Assembly: GCA_013003535.1 (NCBI GenBank)
Contig: JABDIY010000162.1
Span: 58,130-122,129, forward strand
Direction of reading: 5' to 3'
Source of the DNA: Acidimicrobiales bacterium
GTDB taxonomy: Bacteria > Actinomycetota > Acidimicrobiia > Acidimicrobiales > SZUA-35
DNA: 64,000 nt
The notes under the pieces were generated by a model. The model was given only the letters and a program-made list of their open reading frames with translations. It was not told the DNA's origin and did not search any database. Positions 9,412-19,146 of the stretch are shown here, piece after piece. A program made the translations under genes and the position numbers. Position 1 is the first letter of the stretch. Every line of letters starts with the position of its first letter.

Positions 9412-11445
9412 GTGAGTAACCCTGGCGACGGCGTGCAGCAAGTACGTCGCCGTCTCATGATCTCCGCAGTCATCCTGTTCGGGGCATTCGCCGTGCTGGC
9501 GATGGCGTGGGGAATCGACTCCGCCATAGGAGCGAATACGGTGGGCCGCAACGTGAGGGTGCGCGGCACCGACCTCAGCGGGATGACCGTTACGGAGATC
9601 AAGAACGTGGCGGCAGAGCTCACTACCGCCTTGGCCTTGGATTCGGTCACCATTTCGGTTGGAGACCAGGCGATCGACAGCGACCTCGGAACGTTGGGGG
9701 CCAGGGTTGACGGCAACGCTCTGGTGAGCTCAGCCTTCTCAGCTCGAACCGGGGCCAACTTGATCACCGGCCCATTCAAATGGTTGTGGTCCTTCCGCAC
9801 ACCGGTGGAACTGGACTTGCCGTACCTCGTTGACGGGGAAACCGTGGGCGCCGTCGTCTCAGGCCTCATAGCCCCACAACTCAACGGCCCGGAATCGCCC
9901 AAAGTGGTCGCCACCGACACCCGGTTTGTCACCGAACCGGGGCGACCAGGAGTAGTGGTGGACCCTGCGCAGTTGGCGGAGCGGATTGTCAGCGCAATCG
10001 GGGATCCAGGACCCCACAAATTCAGCCTCACCCCCTATCCCCAAACACCGGAACTTTCAATCGATTCCGTGGGACGCGTTGCAGCAGAACTCAACCAAGC
10101 CACTTCAGAACCATTGGAAGTTCGGGTCCTCGACCAATCCACCATTCTCACGGCGCCAGAATTGCGAAGCTTGATCGACGTCGACAACAGCGAGGCTGGC
10201 TCCTTCTGGCAAGTGAACCAGGAGCGTGCCATCGCGCTGCTGCAGGACCGCTTCGGTCTCCTCGGAGACGAGAGTCAGAGAGCTCGATTCATCGTTGTGC
10301 AGGATCAGCCCGAGATCGTGGCGGCCAACGAAACGGTGCTGTGCTGCGACGACAAGACGGCGGCGCTCCTTCGGGCGGCCTTGCTCACCCGGCCAACCAC
10401 GCCTGAGCAGGAAGATCCCGAGGACCCCGAAACCGCTGAGGCGATTCGCCGCGTGGAACTTCTCCCGATCATCGCCGATGGAACACAAGGGGTAGCCGAG
10501 CTAGAGGCATTGGGCATCACTGAACTGGTATCCACCTTCACCACCAACCATCCGTGTTGTGAAAACCGCGTGGTCAACATCCAGCTCTTTGCCGATTCGC
10601 TTCGAGGTCAGATCATCCTGCCCGGTGAAACCCTGAGCCTCAATGGGGTCGTTGGTGAGCGCACCGCGGAGAAGGGCTACAAACAGGCCGGAGCGATCTC
10701 TCGAGGAGAACTGGAGCCACAGTTCGGCGGTGGGGTCTCTCAGATCGCTACCACTACGTTCAATGCGGCATTCTTCGCCGGTCTTGATTTCATCGAATAT
10801 CAAGCCCACTCGCTGTACTTCAGCCGCTATCCCGAGGGCCGAGAGGCAACGATCTCCTATCCCCGGCCGGACCTGAAAGTACAAAACAACACTCCGTATG
10901 GCGTCCTCATCTGGACCGAATACACCCCAACCTCGATCACGGTATCCATGTACTCCACCAAGTACGTCCAGGTGGAGGACGTAGGGAAGACTGTGCGCTC
11001 CCAAGGGAAATGTCGTCGCGTAACGACCACTCGAGAGCGGACCTACCCCGACGGTACGGTCAACACCGACACTGTATTCGCCGTCTACCGCCCAGCTGAA
11101 GGCCTGGACTGCAACGGGAATCCGTCCAACCCCGACTCGATCCCACCAACCACCGCCGCCCCAGCGACCACCGCACCGCCCGCGACTACCGCACCGCCAG
11201 CGACTACCGCACCGCCAGCGACTACCGCAGCGCCAGCGACCACCACACCGCCAGCGACCACCACACCCCAAGCGACCAATGCGGCGTCCCCCACCACCAT
11301 TGCTGACAATGCCTCAGCCGACTTGGCGCCGACTCCCCCCTCAGGACCGACCAGTACTACGACCGCTCAGCCAGCTCCTGCCCCCGATAGTGCAGTTACG
11401 GAGCAACCTGAGCTAGAACCAGTCCCGGAGTCCGGCGCCGGTTGA
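9412..11445 (+). CDS. VanW-family membrane-anchored peptidoglycan-associated protein with a Pro/Thr tail
   Basis: N-terminal TM, NRVVNIQL, RTAEKGYKQAG, GGGVSQIATTTFNAAFFAGL, HSLYFSRYPEGREAT. Confidence 0.88.
   Translation: MSNPGDGVQQVRRRLMISAVILFGAFAVLAMAWGIDSAIGANTVGRNVRVRGTDLSGMTVTEIKNVAAELTTALALDSVTISVGDQAIDSDLGTLGARVDGNALVSSAFSARTGANLITGPFKWLWSFRTPVELDLPYLVDGETVGAVVSGLIAPQLNGPESPKVVATDTRFVTEPGRPGVVVDPAQLAERIVSAIGDPGPHKFSLTPYPQTPELSIDSVGRVAAELNQATSEPLEVRVLDQSTILTAPELRSLIDVDNSEAGSFWQVNQERAIALLQDRFGLLGDESQRARFIVVQDQPEIVAANETVLCCDDKTAALLRAALLTRPTTPEQEDPEDPETAEAIRRVELLPIIADGTQGVAELEALGITELVSTFTTNHPCCENRVVNIQLFADSLRGQIILPGETLSLNGVVGERTAEKGYKQAGAISRGELEPQFGGGVSQIATTTFNAAFFAGLDFIEYQAHSLYFSRYPEGREATISYPRPDLKVQNNTPYGVLIWTEYTPTSITVSMYSTKYVQVEDVGKTVRSQGKCRRVTTTRERTYPDGTVNTDTVFAVYRPAEGLDCNGNPSNPDSIPPTTAAPATTAPPATTAPPATTAPPATTAAPATTTPPATTTPQATNAASPTTIADNASADLAPTPPSGPTSTTTAQPAPAPDSAVTEQPELEPVPESGAG
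11149..11280 (+). repeat. 18-nt coding tandem repeat (PATTAP/PATTTP)
   Basis: About 7 degenerate CCAGCGAC(C/T)ACCGCACCG units in the VanW tail. Confidence 0.8.
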
Positions 11446-12731
11446 TCGCGACCCACCCGCTCCGTCCACCAATCATGCCCACCTCCAAAACCCACCCTCC
11501 CCCCGTATCGGCACCAGCACGCTTCTCCGATCGCACGTCGACCAACACGCTCATCGTCGGGGCGGGACCAGCCGGAATCGCTGCCGCAATCACGTTGCAC
11601 CGTGCGGGGAAAGACGTAACCGTTATCGACAAGGCGCACTTCCCGAGAGACAAGTGTTGTGGTGACGGCCTCACCACCGGCGCCCTCCGACTGCTCGATG
11701 ACCTCGGTCTGGACCCTGCCACCGTTCCCAGCTGGAAAGCGGTGTCCCGAGTCCAAATCGCCGGACCGAAGGGTGACCCGATTGCCTTCGACCTGCCCCA
11801 TGGCGCAGGCACGTTTGCTGCGATAGCTCGTAGGTCTGAGTTGGACCACGCCCTGGTGCGCCACGCCCTCTCCCTGGGCATCACTGTCCATGAGGGCGTC
11901 AAGCTGGAAAACCTGTCGGCTGGACCTACCACGATCAACGCACACACCACCGCCGGGGTGGTCGAGGCCGAGCACCTGATCGCCGCCGACGGGATGTGGT
12001 CACCCACAAGGAAACTGCTGGGACTGACCGTCGAGGGGTATCGCGGTGAATGGCATGCCTTCCGGCAGTATTTCTCCAACGTCACCCCCGCGGCCGGCAA
12101 CGAGCTTTTTGTCTGGTTCGAGGAGGATCTACTGCCTGGTTATGTCTGGGCGTTTCCGTTGGCGGACGGCTCAGCCAATGTAGGGTTCGGGATCCAGCGC
12201 GGTCGCGGCATCGCCATACAGGAGATGAAAGCGCTCTGGACCGATCTCCTCGAACGACCTCGTATTCGCTCGGTGCTTGGCCAAGACGCCATCGCCGAGG
12301 GACGACACCAGGCCTGGCCGATTCCCGCCCGGCTCGGAGATCTACAACCACACCACGGACGGACTCTTTTTGTTGGTGACGCTGCTGCCGCAACCGACCC
12401 GATGACCGGCGAAGGTATCGGTCAGGCGCTCGCCACGGGCATTTGGGCCGCCGAAGCGATCGTATCGCATCGGGATCCCGAAGCTATCGCTGCAGCGTAC
12501 GAGGCACGCCTCCGGGTGGGCATGAAGCGGGACCACCAGCTCGCACAGGCTCTCAGCAACGTCTTGGCCCGGCCGCGCTTGGCTCAGGTCAGTGTGCAAG
12601 TGGCCAGTGCATCAGCCTGGACTCGGCGCAACTTCGTGCGCTGGTTGTTCGAGGACTATCCCCGGGCGGTAGTCATAACCCCTCGCCGTTGGCACAGACG
12701 GCTCTTTTCACAGCCCGGCGCCTACCGATGA
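11442..12731 (+). CDS. Geranylgeranyl-reductase-family FAD oxidoreductase (MenJ-like)
   Basis: IVGAGPAG, FPRDKCCGDGLT, IAADG, GYVWAFP, VGDAA, PMTGEGIGQAL. Confidence 0.88.
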   Translation: MIATHPLRPPIMPTSKTHPPPVSAPARFSDRTSTNTLIVGAGPAGIAAAITLHRAGKDVTVIDKAHFPRDKCCGDGLTTGALRLLDDLGLDPATVPSWKAVSRVQIAGPKGDPIAFDLPHGAGTFAAIARRSELDHALVRHALSLGITVHEGVKLENLSAGPTTINAHTTAGVVEAEHLIAADGMWSPTRKLLGLTVEGYRGEWHAFRQYFSNVTPAAGNELFVWFEEDLLPGYVWAFPLADGSANVGFGIQRGRGIAIQEMKALWTDLLERPRIRSVLGQDAIAEGRHQAWPIPARLGDLQPHHGRTLFVGDAAAATDPMTGEGIGQALATGIWAAEAIVSHRDPEAIAAAYEARLRVGMKRDHQLAQALSNVLARPRLAQVSVQVASASAWTRRNFVRWLFEDYPRAVVITPRRWHRRLFSQPGAYR

Positions 12732-12801
12732 GTCCACCCATCGCCTCGCATGAAGTGGTGAATCTGCATCCAACCGCCACGCCGGATGCGTAGTTACCAG
12801 C

Positions 12802-13437
12802 GTGACATCCGCCGTTCTCGCTCGCGACCTCGATGCGCCGAGTGACGCCTTCTGCGAGTATCGTCACGTAGTGCTGACTTCGTCCTCGGAGAACCCAGAA
12901 GCCTGGCTTCGGGCGAAGTTCGTGGCCGGCGAGGCTGATGCACTGGCAGCCGTCTATGCCGAGCACGGACCAGCGGTTTACACCTACGCCAACCGGGCTG
13001 TTGGCGCAGAGAAGGCCAAGGATCTCACCCAGGAAGTGTTCTTGTCGGCGTGGCGAGCTCGGCATTCGTTCAACCCAGAACGCGGATCGCTTGGGGGGTG
13101 GCTCATGGGCATCACCAAGAACCGCCTGATTGACTCCTACCGCAAGGCTGGTCGCCGGGTTGACGAGGCGGAACTGAGTGACACTGTGCAAGCCCGCATG
13201 GCCGGTGATGACCATCACAGCTTCCAGTCGCTCACCGACCGAATGGTTCTCTCGTCCGCCCTCGCAACGCTGCCAGACCGCCAGCGGGAGGTTCTGACCT
13301 TGGCATTCTGGGGCGATCGCACGCAACAGCAGATAGCTGAAGAAACCGGACTCCCATTAGGAACTGTGAAGAGCGACATGCGACGAGGGCTTTTGAGGCT
13401 ACGAGCCGAACTGGAGCAGAGCGATGTCCCACAGTAA
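12802..13437 (+). CDS. ECF sigma-70 factor (SigK-like)
   Basis: DLTQEVFLSAWR, WLMGITKNRLID, IAEETGLPLGTVKSDMRRGL. Confidence 0.9.
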   Translation: MTSAVLARDLDAPSDAFCEYRHVVLTSSSENPEAWLRAKFVAGEADALAAVYAEHGPAVYTYANRAVGAEKAKDLTQEVFLSAWRARHSFNPERGSLGGWLMGITKNRLIDSYRKAGRRVDEAELSDTVQARMAGDDHHSFQSLTDRMVLSSALATLPDRQREVLTLAFWGDRTQQQIAEETGLPLGTVKSDMRRGLLRLRAELEQSDVPQ

Positions 13438-14062
13438 CGGCTTCGGCCTCGAGGAGTCCGAGGCAAACGATCGGGAGACGTTGGAGCTTCTGGACGAGAT
13501 GAAGAGCCGGCTGGGTGCAACTCAACCGGTCTTCGATGCCCCGCCCGCCGAGATTTGGATGGGGATCGAAGCAGCTCTCGGCGCCGACCCACCCGACGCA
13601 ATTCATGACCCCACGGTCACAACCTCGCTCGACCAGTATCGGAAACGCCGACGACCGGTCGGTGTGCTTCTCGGCGCGATAGCGGCAGCTGTCCTCGTGG
13701 CGGTAGCGATCGGCGAGATCGGCGATTCAACAACCACGATCGGGCGAGTGGACCTTGCGGCTCTTGAAACCGGCGACGCCTACGGTACGGCCACGGTTGT
13801 GGAAACTGGCAGCGGTCAAACCCTTCAGATCGAGTTGTCTCGCGACCTGGGCGCCGTTGCTGACGACGAGTTCTACGAGCTTTGGGTCATCGACACCAAC
13901 GTGGAGGGCATGTATTCCCTGGGCCCGATCACCGCCGATGGCACCTTCGTGGTGCCCGACGGCGTGGACGTGCACGAATTTCCCATCGTGGACATCTCGC
14001 TGGAACAAGACGATGGTGATCCAGCTCACGGCGGGGCCTCGGTTGTGCGAGGCCAACTCTGA
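13424..14062 (+). CDS. Anti-sigma factor (RskA-like)
   Basis: Overlaps the sigma gene, single TM, C-terminal YELWVID...YSLG...DISLE motif. Confidence 0.82.
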   Translation: MSHSNGFGLEESEANDRETLELLDEMKSRLGATQPVFDAPPAEIWMGIEAALGADPPDAIHDPTVTTSLDQYRKRRRPVGVLLGAIAAAVLVAVAIGEIGDSTTTIGRVDLAALETGDAYGTATVVETGSGQTLQIELSRDLGAVADDEFYELWVIDTNVEGMYSLGPITADGTFVVPDGVDVHEFPIVDISLEQDDGDPAHGGASVVRGQL

Positions 14063-14102
14063 TCACGGGCTTGCCTGCCTCCAACCGCTCTAGAGTGGGC
14101 CG

Positions 14103-15740
14103 ATGAACGGTTGGAACTTCGCATCGATCTGGGAGTCGGTAGCAGATGCTCAGCCCGACCGAGCGGCGTTGATTCACGGGAACGAGACCATCACGTGGAA
14201 CAGCTTCGAACGACGGTCCAACAATCTCGCTCACCACCTGCTCAAATCCGGCTGCACGCATCAGGGAGCCGTAGCGTTCTATCTCTACAACGATCCCGTC
14301 TACCTCGAGTTGTTCTTCGCCTGCTCCAAGGCATCACTGGTCCACGTGAACACCAATTACCGTTATGGTCCCGACGAGTTGGTCTACCTATGGCAGAACG
14401 CTGACGCTGAGGCGGTGGTGTTTCACGGCTCGTTCACAACGACGGTGAGCGAAGTCCGGCCCCGCACGAGCGGGGTGCACACTTGGATCTGGGTAGACGA
14501 TGACACCGAACCGTGCCCACCGTGGGCCATCCCCTACACCGATGCCGTGGCCGGTGGACCTCATGAGCGTGCCGTAGGCGACCGCGGCCGGTCCGGCGAC
14601 GACCTGGTTCTGCTGTACACCGGCGGCACCACCGGAATGCCGAAGGGGGTGATGTGGCGTCAGGACGACCTCTTCGTGGTGACCGACGCCAAAAACAAGG
14701 TGCCGCTTCCAGTACTACCCGATTTCGATGCCAACGGATTGTCCCCAGCCGCCATGGCCCGAGTAGAAGAACGAGCCGGCCCGGTCAGCATTCCGGCGTG
14801 CCCTCTGATGCACGGCACCGGTCTCTTCAACGCGCTTACGACGGTCAGCCTCGGCGGGGCAATCGTGACCATGACCAATCGCAAGCTCGATATCGCCGAG
14901 ATCTTCAGTGCGGTGGAACGACACAAGGTGAAGAGCATCTTCATCGTTGGCGACGCCTTCGCAAAGCCGATGCTGGAAGCTCTCGACAGCCAACCGGACC
15001 GCTGGGACATCAGTTCGCTGCGGGTGCTCATCTCGTCCGGTGTCATGTGGTCATCCTCGTCCAAGTCCGGCTTGATGGCCCACAATCCCAAGCTGCTCTG
15101 CGTGGATACCTATGGCAGTTCCGAGGCGATCGGTATCGGCTCATCGGTCTCATCAAAGGACGGTTCTGCCAAGACCGCCAGCTTCTCGTTGAGCAAGAAG
15201 TCGGCGGTGATCACCGAGGACGGCCGAATCGTTCAACCCGGGTCAACCGAAATCGGACGGGTCGGTGTGGCCGGAAGGGTTCCGCTGGGCTATTTCAAAG
15301 ACCCCGAAAAGACGGCGGTCACGTTTCCAACGATCGACGGGGTGCGCTATTCGGTACCCGGAGACTTCGCCACGGTGGAAGCCGACGGAACAATCACGCT
15401 TCTCGGACGCGGCTCGGTCTGTATCAACACCGGTGGAGAGAAGGTCTTTCCGGAAGAGGTGGAGGAAGCACTGAAAAGCCATCCGGCCGTGTCCGATGCG
15501 ATCGTGGTCGGTATCCCGGATGACCGCTTTGGTCAACGGGTCGCCGCAGTGGTTGCGGGGCCCAATCCGCCCGCCGAAGCCGAGCTCATCAGCTTTGTGA
15601 AGAGCCAGTTGGCCCACTACAAAGCGCCCCGCCATGTCCTCGCAGTTCCTTCTCTGGAACGAGCGGCCAACGGCAAGGTTGACTACAAGCACTGGACAAG
15701 GTTCGCTGAGCGGTACCTTTCACAAGCGCCGGAGAATTAG
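14103..15740 (+). CDS. Acyl-CoA synthetase (AMP-binding)
   Basis: YTGGTTGMPKG, DTYGSSE, PGDFA, CINTGGEKVFPEEVE. Confidence 0.92.
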   Translation: MNGWNFASIWESVADAQPDRAALIHGNETITWNSFERRSNNLAHHLLKSGCTHQGAVAFYLYNDPVYLELFFACSKASLVHVNTNYRYGPDELVYLWQNADAEAVVFHGSFTTTVSEVRPRTSGVHTWIWVDDDTEPCPPWAIPYTDAVAGGPHERAVGDRGRSGDDLVLLYTGGTTGMPKGVMWRQDDLFVVTDAKNKVPLPVLPDFDANGLSPAAMARVEERAGPVSIPACPLMHGTGLFNALTTVSLGGAIVTMTNRKLDIAEIFSAVERHKVKSIFIVGDAFAKPMLEALDSQPDRWDISSLRVLISSGVMWSSSSKSGLMAHNPKLLCVDTYGSSEAIGIGSSVSSKDGSAKTASFSLSKKSAVITEDGRIVQPGSTEIGRVGVAGRVPLGYFKDPEKTAVTFPTIDGVRYSVPGDFATVEADGTITLLGRGSVCINTGGEKVFPEEVEEALKSHPAVSDAIVVGIPDDRFGQRVAAVVAGPNPPAEAELISFVKSQLAHYKAPRHVLAVPSLERAANGKVDYKHWTRFAERYLSQAPEN

Positions 15741-16639
15741 GCCTTCCACTGTTCGGCGAGTTTGAGGAATTCCTCCGCTGGACTGGCGGGAACGATGTAT
15801 CCCGACTCGTCGTTGATGGCCTCCCAATCGTCACGAACCGTCTCTGCGGTGATGGCGTGGCCACGGGCCGTGCCGGGGGTGAGCCCGATGAAGAACCGGG
15901 CGATGGTGCCACCGGCCGCGGAGTAGATATTGCCATTCGCAGGACAGTCCGGATGCGAAAGATACATCACGAGCGGGCTCACCAGCTTGGGATCTAGCTG
16001 CTCAGCCATGCTCCCGAGGAGTTCTTCGGTCATGCGGGTCAGCGCAACAGGCGCGATGGCGTTGGCCCGAATACCGTACTTGGCCCCTTCTGCCGCGAGT
16101 ACTCGGGTGAGGCCCACCAGACCCATCTTTGCGGCCGCATAGTTGGCCTGCCCGAAGTTCCCCAGTAGTCCGGAATTGGAGGATGTGTTGATCACCACAC
16201 CGCTCTTCTGCTCCCGGAAATGTAACCACGCCGGCATCGTGACATAGAACGCCCCTTTGAGGTGGACGTCGATGACCGGGCTGAGCAGCTCGTCGGTCAT
16301 CTTGTGGAATGTCTTGTCACGCAGGATGCCCGCGTTGTTCACCACGATGTCCACCCGACCGAAGGCGTCGATGGCGGACTTCACGATGGCCTCCCCGCCT
16401 TCTTTGGTTGCCACCGAGTCCCCGTTGGCAACCGCTTCGCCCCCGAGCGCTTCGATTTCCTTCACCACCGATTGAGCCGGAGATTCCGATACCGCCCCGC
16501 TGCCGTCGAGAGAGGCGCCGAGATCGTTGACTACCACGCGGGCGCCTCGACGGGCGAATTCCAATGCGTGTTCGCGTCCCAAACCCCCGCCGGCGCCGGT
16601 GACAATTGCGACGCTTCCGTCAAATCCCAGATCTGCCAT
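15737..16639 (-). CDS. SDR-family hydroxyacyl-CoA dehydrogenase (MFE-2-like)
   Basis: TGAGGGLG, VNNAGILRD, NYAAAK. Confidence 0.92.
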   Translation of the reverse strand: MADLGFDGSVAIVTGAGGGLGREHALEFARRGARVVVNDLGASLDGSGAVSESPAQSVVKEIEALGGEAVANGDSVATKEGGEAIVKSAIDAFGRVDIVVNNAGILRDKTFHKMTDELLSPVIDVHLKGAFYVTMPAWLHFREQKSGVVINTSSNSGLLGNFGQANYAAAKMGLVGLTRVLAAEGAKYGIRANAIAPVALTRMTEELLGSMAEQLDPKLVSPLVMYLSHPDCPANGNIYSAAGGTIARFFIGLTPGTARGHAITAETVRDDWEAINDESGYIVPASPAEEFLKLAEQWKA

Positions 16640-16759
16640 ATTCTGCTTACTCCTCAGTAACTTCGTAGAGGAGAAAGCCTACCTAGCACGTTTGGCGATC
16701 GACACCGACGACCGCTCCGCCAACAACTGGAGCGGGCACAGCGCAAGAAAAACGCCTAC

Positions 16760-16936
16760 TTAGTTGTCCGGCCCTGGGAGCACCACCGCGGGAGGGATGA
16801 GCAATGCACGAACGTCGAGCAGCAGGTCCGTCACTTCATCGGAGGGAACCAGCCTGCGGGTGGTGAGCCCACCAAGCCCGGCATCGATCAGCTTGAGCGC
16901 TTCGTCTCGTTGGGTGGGATCAAGTACCTCGGTCAC
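16760..16936 (-). CDS. 58-aa microprotein, absent from the ORF track
   Basis: MTEVLDPTQRDEALKLIDAGLGGLTTRRLVPSDEVTDLLLDVRALLIPPAVVLPGPDN*, with GGAGG 6 nt before the GTG. Confidence 0.7.
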   Translation of the reverse strand: MTEVLDPTQRDEALKLIDAGLGGLTTRRLVPSDEVTDLLLDVRALLIPPAVVLPGPDN

Positions 16937-17071
16937 GGCGGCCTCCAGAGAACAACGGCAGGGATGCGAGACTCGGATTGTTCGCCCCTCCTGCGATAGC
17001 TCTCAGCCTAGCCCAGTTAGGTGCACACCCTTGTTCGGGCTGGAGATGCCGCTGGTGCGGCGGAATGGCTC

Positions 17072-18850
17072 CTAGCGGGTGAGTTCGAGGAACCGGTTTG
17101 CGCCCAGGGCAGTTGCCGCATCATCGTCGGCCAGGCCGGAGGGAAGAATGCCAGGTGGGAAGACGAAGGCGGTCATGCCCCGAATTTGGTTGCCGCGAGA
17201 AGTTACGAAGGACATGTTGCCGCCACCGCCTCCGCCACCATTGCCACCGCCACCATTGCCACCGCCACCATTGCCATTGCCATTGCCATTGCCGCCGCCA
17301 CCGTTGCCATTGCCGTTGCCATTGCCGTTACTCGTGGTCGTGGTCGTCGTCGTCGTGACCGGCGCAGCTACGGATGAGGAGTAATACGAGGTCACGCCAA
17401 CCGAGGCCATGCCCGGGTCAAGAACCTCTGTGGCATTGTTGTCGGCATAGATGCGCTGCAGGTAGACCGCTCGAAAGGCGGCGAAATGAACGTTGTTGTT
17501 GTTGCCGAGGGCTTCACCAACGGGAAGCTGGGGAACATAGGCAAAGCGCGGTGAATCCTGAATGTCGAACATCCCATCGTCGGTGTCGCTGTCCCGGCTG
17601 AAGACCGGATCATCACAAGCGCCGTTGCAGGTGTTGTAATGGGGGTCCACGCCGGTGAAACTGCCGCCGTCATCCCAGACCTGGCCCTGGTAGTGCGCCA
17701 GACACCGTTCCACCAGTTTCACCATGCGGTCGCTGCGTTCGAACTGAATCAAGTAGGCGCTGACAACATTGGGCAGGTCGGACATGATGCCGTCGTCATC
17801 TGGCCAATCCATGCCGCCCTTGTCCATATTGTTGGCATTGCTGAGTGGCTGGGTGTCATCGAAGTCACCGACGAACTGATCGCGCCAACAAGACCGAGGA
17901 ACGTCACTTGTGTTCGACAGATTCGGATTGATGTAGGCCCAGATTGGCGTGTCGTCCACGACGGCACCATCAAGGGTGAAGCTCGTGGCGGGAGCGAGAC
18001 TGCTGGTTCGCAGAAGTCGTGCGGGACCGCCATCGGGGAAGGTGTCATCGGACCACATCCCCTCAGCCAGAAAGTTCGGCGTATTGCCGGTGGAGGAGTT
18101 TGCTCCGTTGGGAACGGCTCCTCCGAAGTTACAGGCGGTCTGTTCCCACACGCTGGTACCGCCGGTCCAGATCTCCAGGTCGTGATCCAACCCCTGCGCA
18201 ACGTTCAAGGAATACATCGTTTTGGGGCCGTTGCAGCGCTTGGTTGTCCCGTCTGAGCCACCACCGAAGGTATAGAAGTCCACGTTGCCGAAGTTCCCGT
18301 TGGTCGAGCCTGTGCACTCGTTGCTCTTCGATCCGTCCTTGAGACATTCGTAGTCTCCTGCGCCGGCCGGGATTGCGAAGGGGAGCACGTCGGACACGGA
18401 ACCAGTACTGGATTGGGCGAAAGCGGTGTGGGTGATCGTGTTCACACCACCGAGTCGGCCAAGGGTGGTCTGGAATTCTCGGGGGGGAACCTGAACTCGT
18501 ATCTCCCCGTAGGACCCATCGTGGGCAAGACAGTTGTAGCTGGGATAGGTCGACCAACCGGCCGGCACTGACATGCCACATGTATTGAGCTCGGCCAACG
18601 TGAAGGCGCCGCCCTCGGTGACGTTGGCATTGAACATTTCGAGAACGGTGGCGGCAAACGTCGCTTCGTCGTAACGGTCCTGGACCGCCGCCAGGACCGC
18701 GGTATCCGCCGCAACCTGATCGGTGCGACGTAACAGCATCACGTAACCGACGTCCACGACGATCGATGCAAAAAGCAGCATCGCCGCAATAGCGGCCACC
18801 GTTACGATGATGGCTGATCCTTTTTCCCTTTCGGGCGCCGCGCTGTCCAT
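17072..18850 (-). CDS. TadG-like minor pilin/adhesin, paralog 1, with a Thr/Gly/Asn insertion
   Basis: EKG|SAIIVTVAAIAAMLLFASIVVDVG...QVAADTAVLAA Tad N-terminal motif. Confidence 0.8.
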   Translation of the reverse strand: MDSAAPEREKGSAIIVTVAAIAAMLLFASIVVDVGYVMLLRRTDQVAADTAVLAAVQDRYDEATFAATVLEMFNANVTEGGAFTLAELNTCGMSVPAGWSTYPSYNCLAHDGSYGEIRVQVPPREFQTTLGRLGGVNTITHTAFAQSSTGSVSDVLPFAIPAGAGDYECLKDGSKSNECTGSTNGNFGNVDFYTFGGGSDGTTKRCNGPKTMYSLNVAQGLDHDLEIWTGGTSVWEQTACNFGGAVPNGANSSTGNTPNFLAEGMWSDDTFPDGGPARLLRTSSLAPATSFTLDGAVVDDTPIWAYINPNLSNTSDVPRSCWRDQFVGDFDDTQPLSNANNMDKGGMDWPDDDGIMSDLPNVVSAYLIQFERSDRMVKLVERCLAHYQGQVWDDGGSFTGVDPHYNTCNGACDDPVFSRDSDTDDGMFDIQDSPRFAYVPQLPVGEALGNNNNVHFAAFRAVYLQRIYADNNATEVLDPGMASVGVTSYYSSSVAAPVTTTTTTTTSNGNGNGNGNGGGGNGNGNGNGGGGNGGGGNGGGGGGGNMSFVTSRGNQIRGMTAFVFPPGILPSGLADDDAATALGANRFLELTR

Positions 18851-18942
18851 CTATGTTGAATCGGCAGAAAGCCAAGATTCATGAATAGGACCAGCGCCAA
18901 CGCTCGGTAGGTAGATCTACCCCGTCGCCCGTGGACGGGCAC

Positions 18943-19146
18943 CTAGCAAACGTCGGAACACTCGGTGGGCGTTCCCACACGCACGCCGCCATCGCCGATG
19001 ACGTCATCTGCGGAGTCCTCCAATGCTGCCATTGCCAATAGCAATGGAATCGCTATCACCGCGAGAACCATCGCCACCTCGACGGCGGCTACTCCGCGCT
19101 GCCGACGCAGCCTGTCGAGCATCGTTTCGCTGCGCTGAGTGTTCAT
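18943..19146 (-). CDS. Flp/TadE-like small pilin (67 aa)
   Basis: QRG|VAAVE prepilin site with Glu at +5, then a hydrophobic helix. The start overlaps the upstream stop. Confidence 0.75.
   Translation of the reverse strand: MNTQRSETMLDRLRRQRGVAAVEVAMVLAVIAIPLLLAMAALEDSADDVIGDGGVRVGTPTECSDVC

Noticed and set aside
11149-11280. Repeat array as CRISPR or a mobile element
   Set aside because: It is an in-frame Pro/Ala/Thr linker with no unique spacers.
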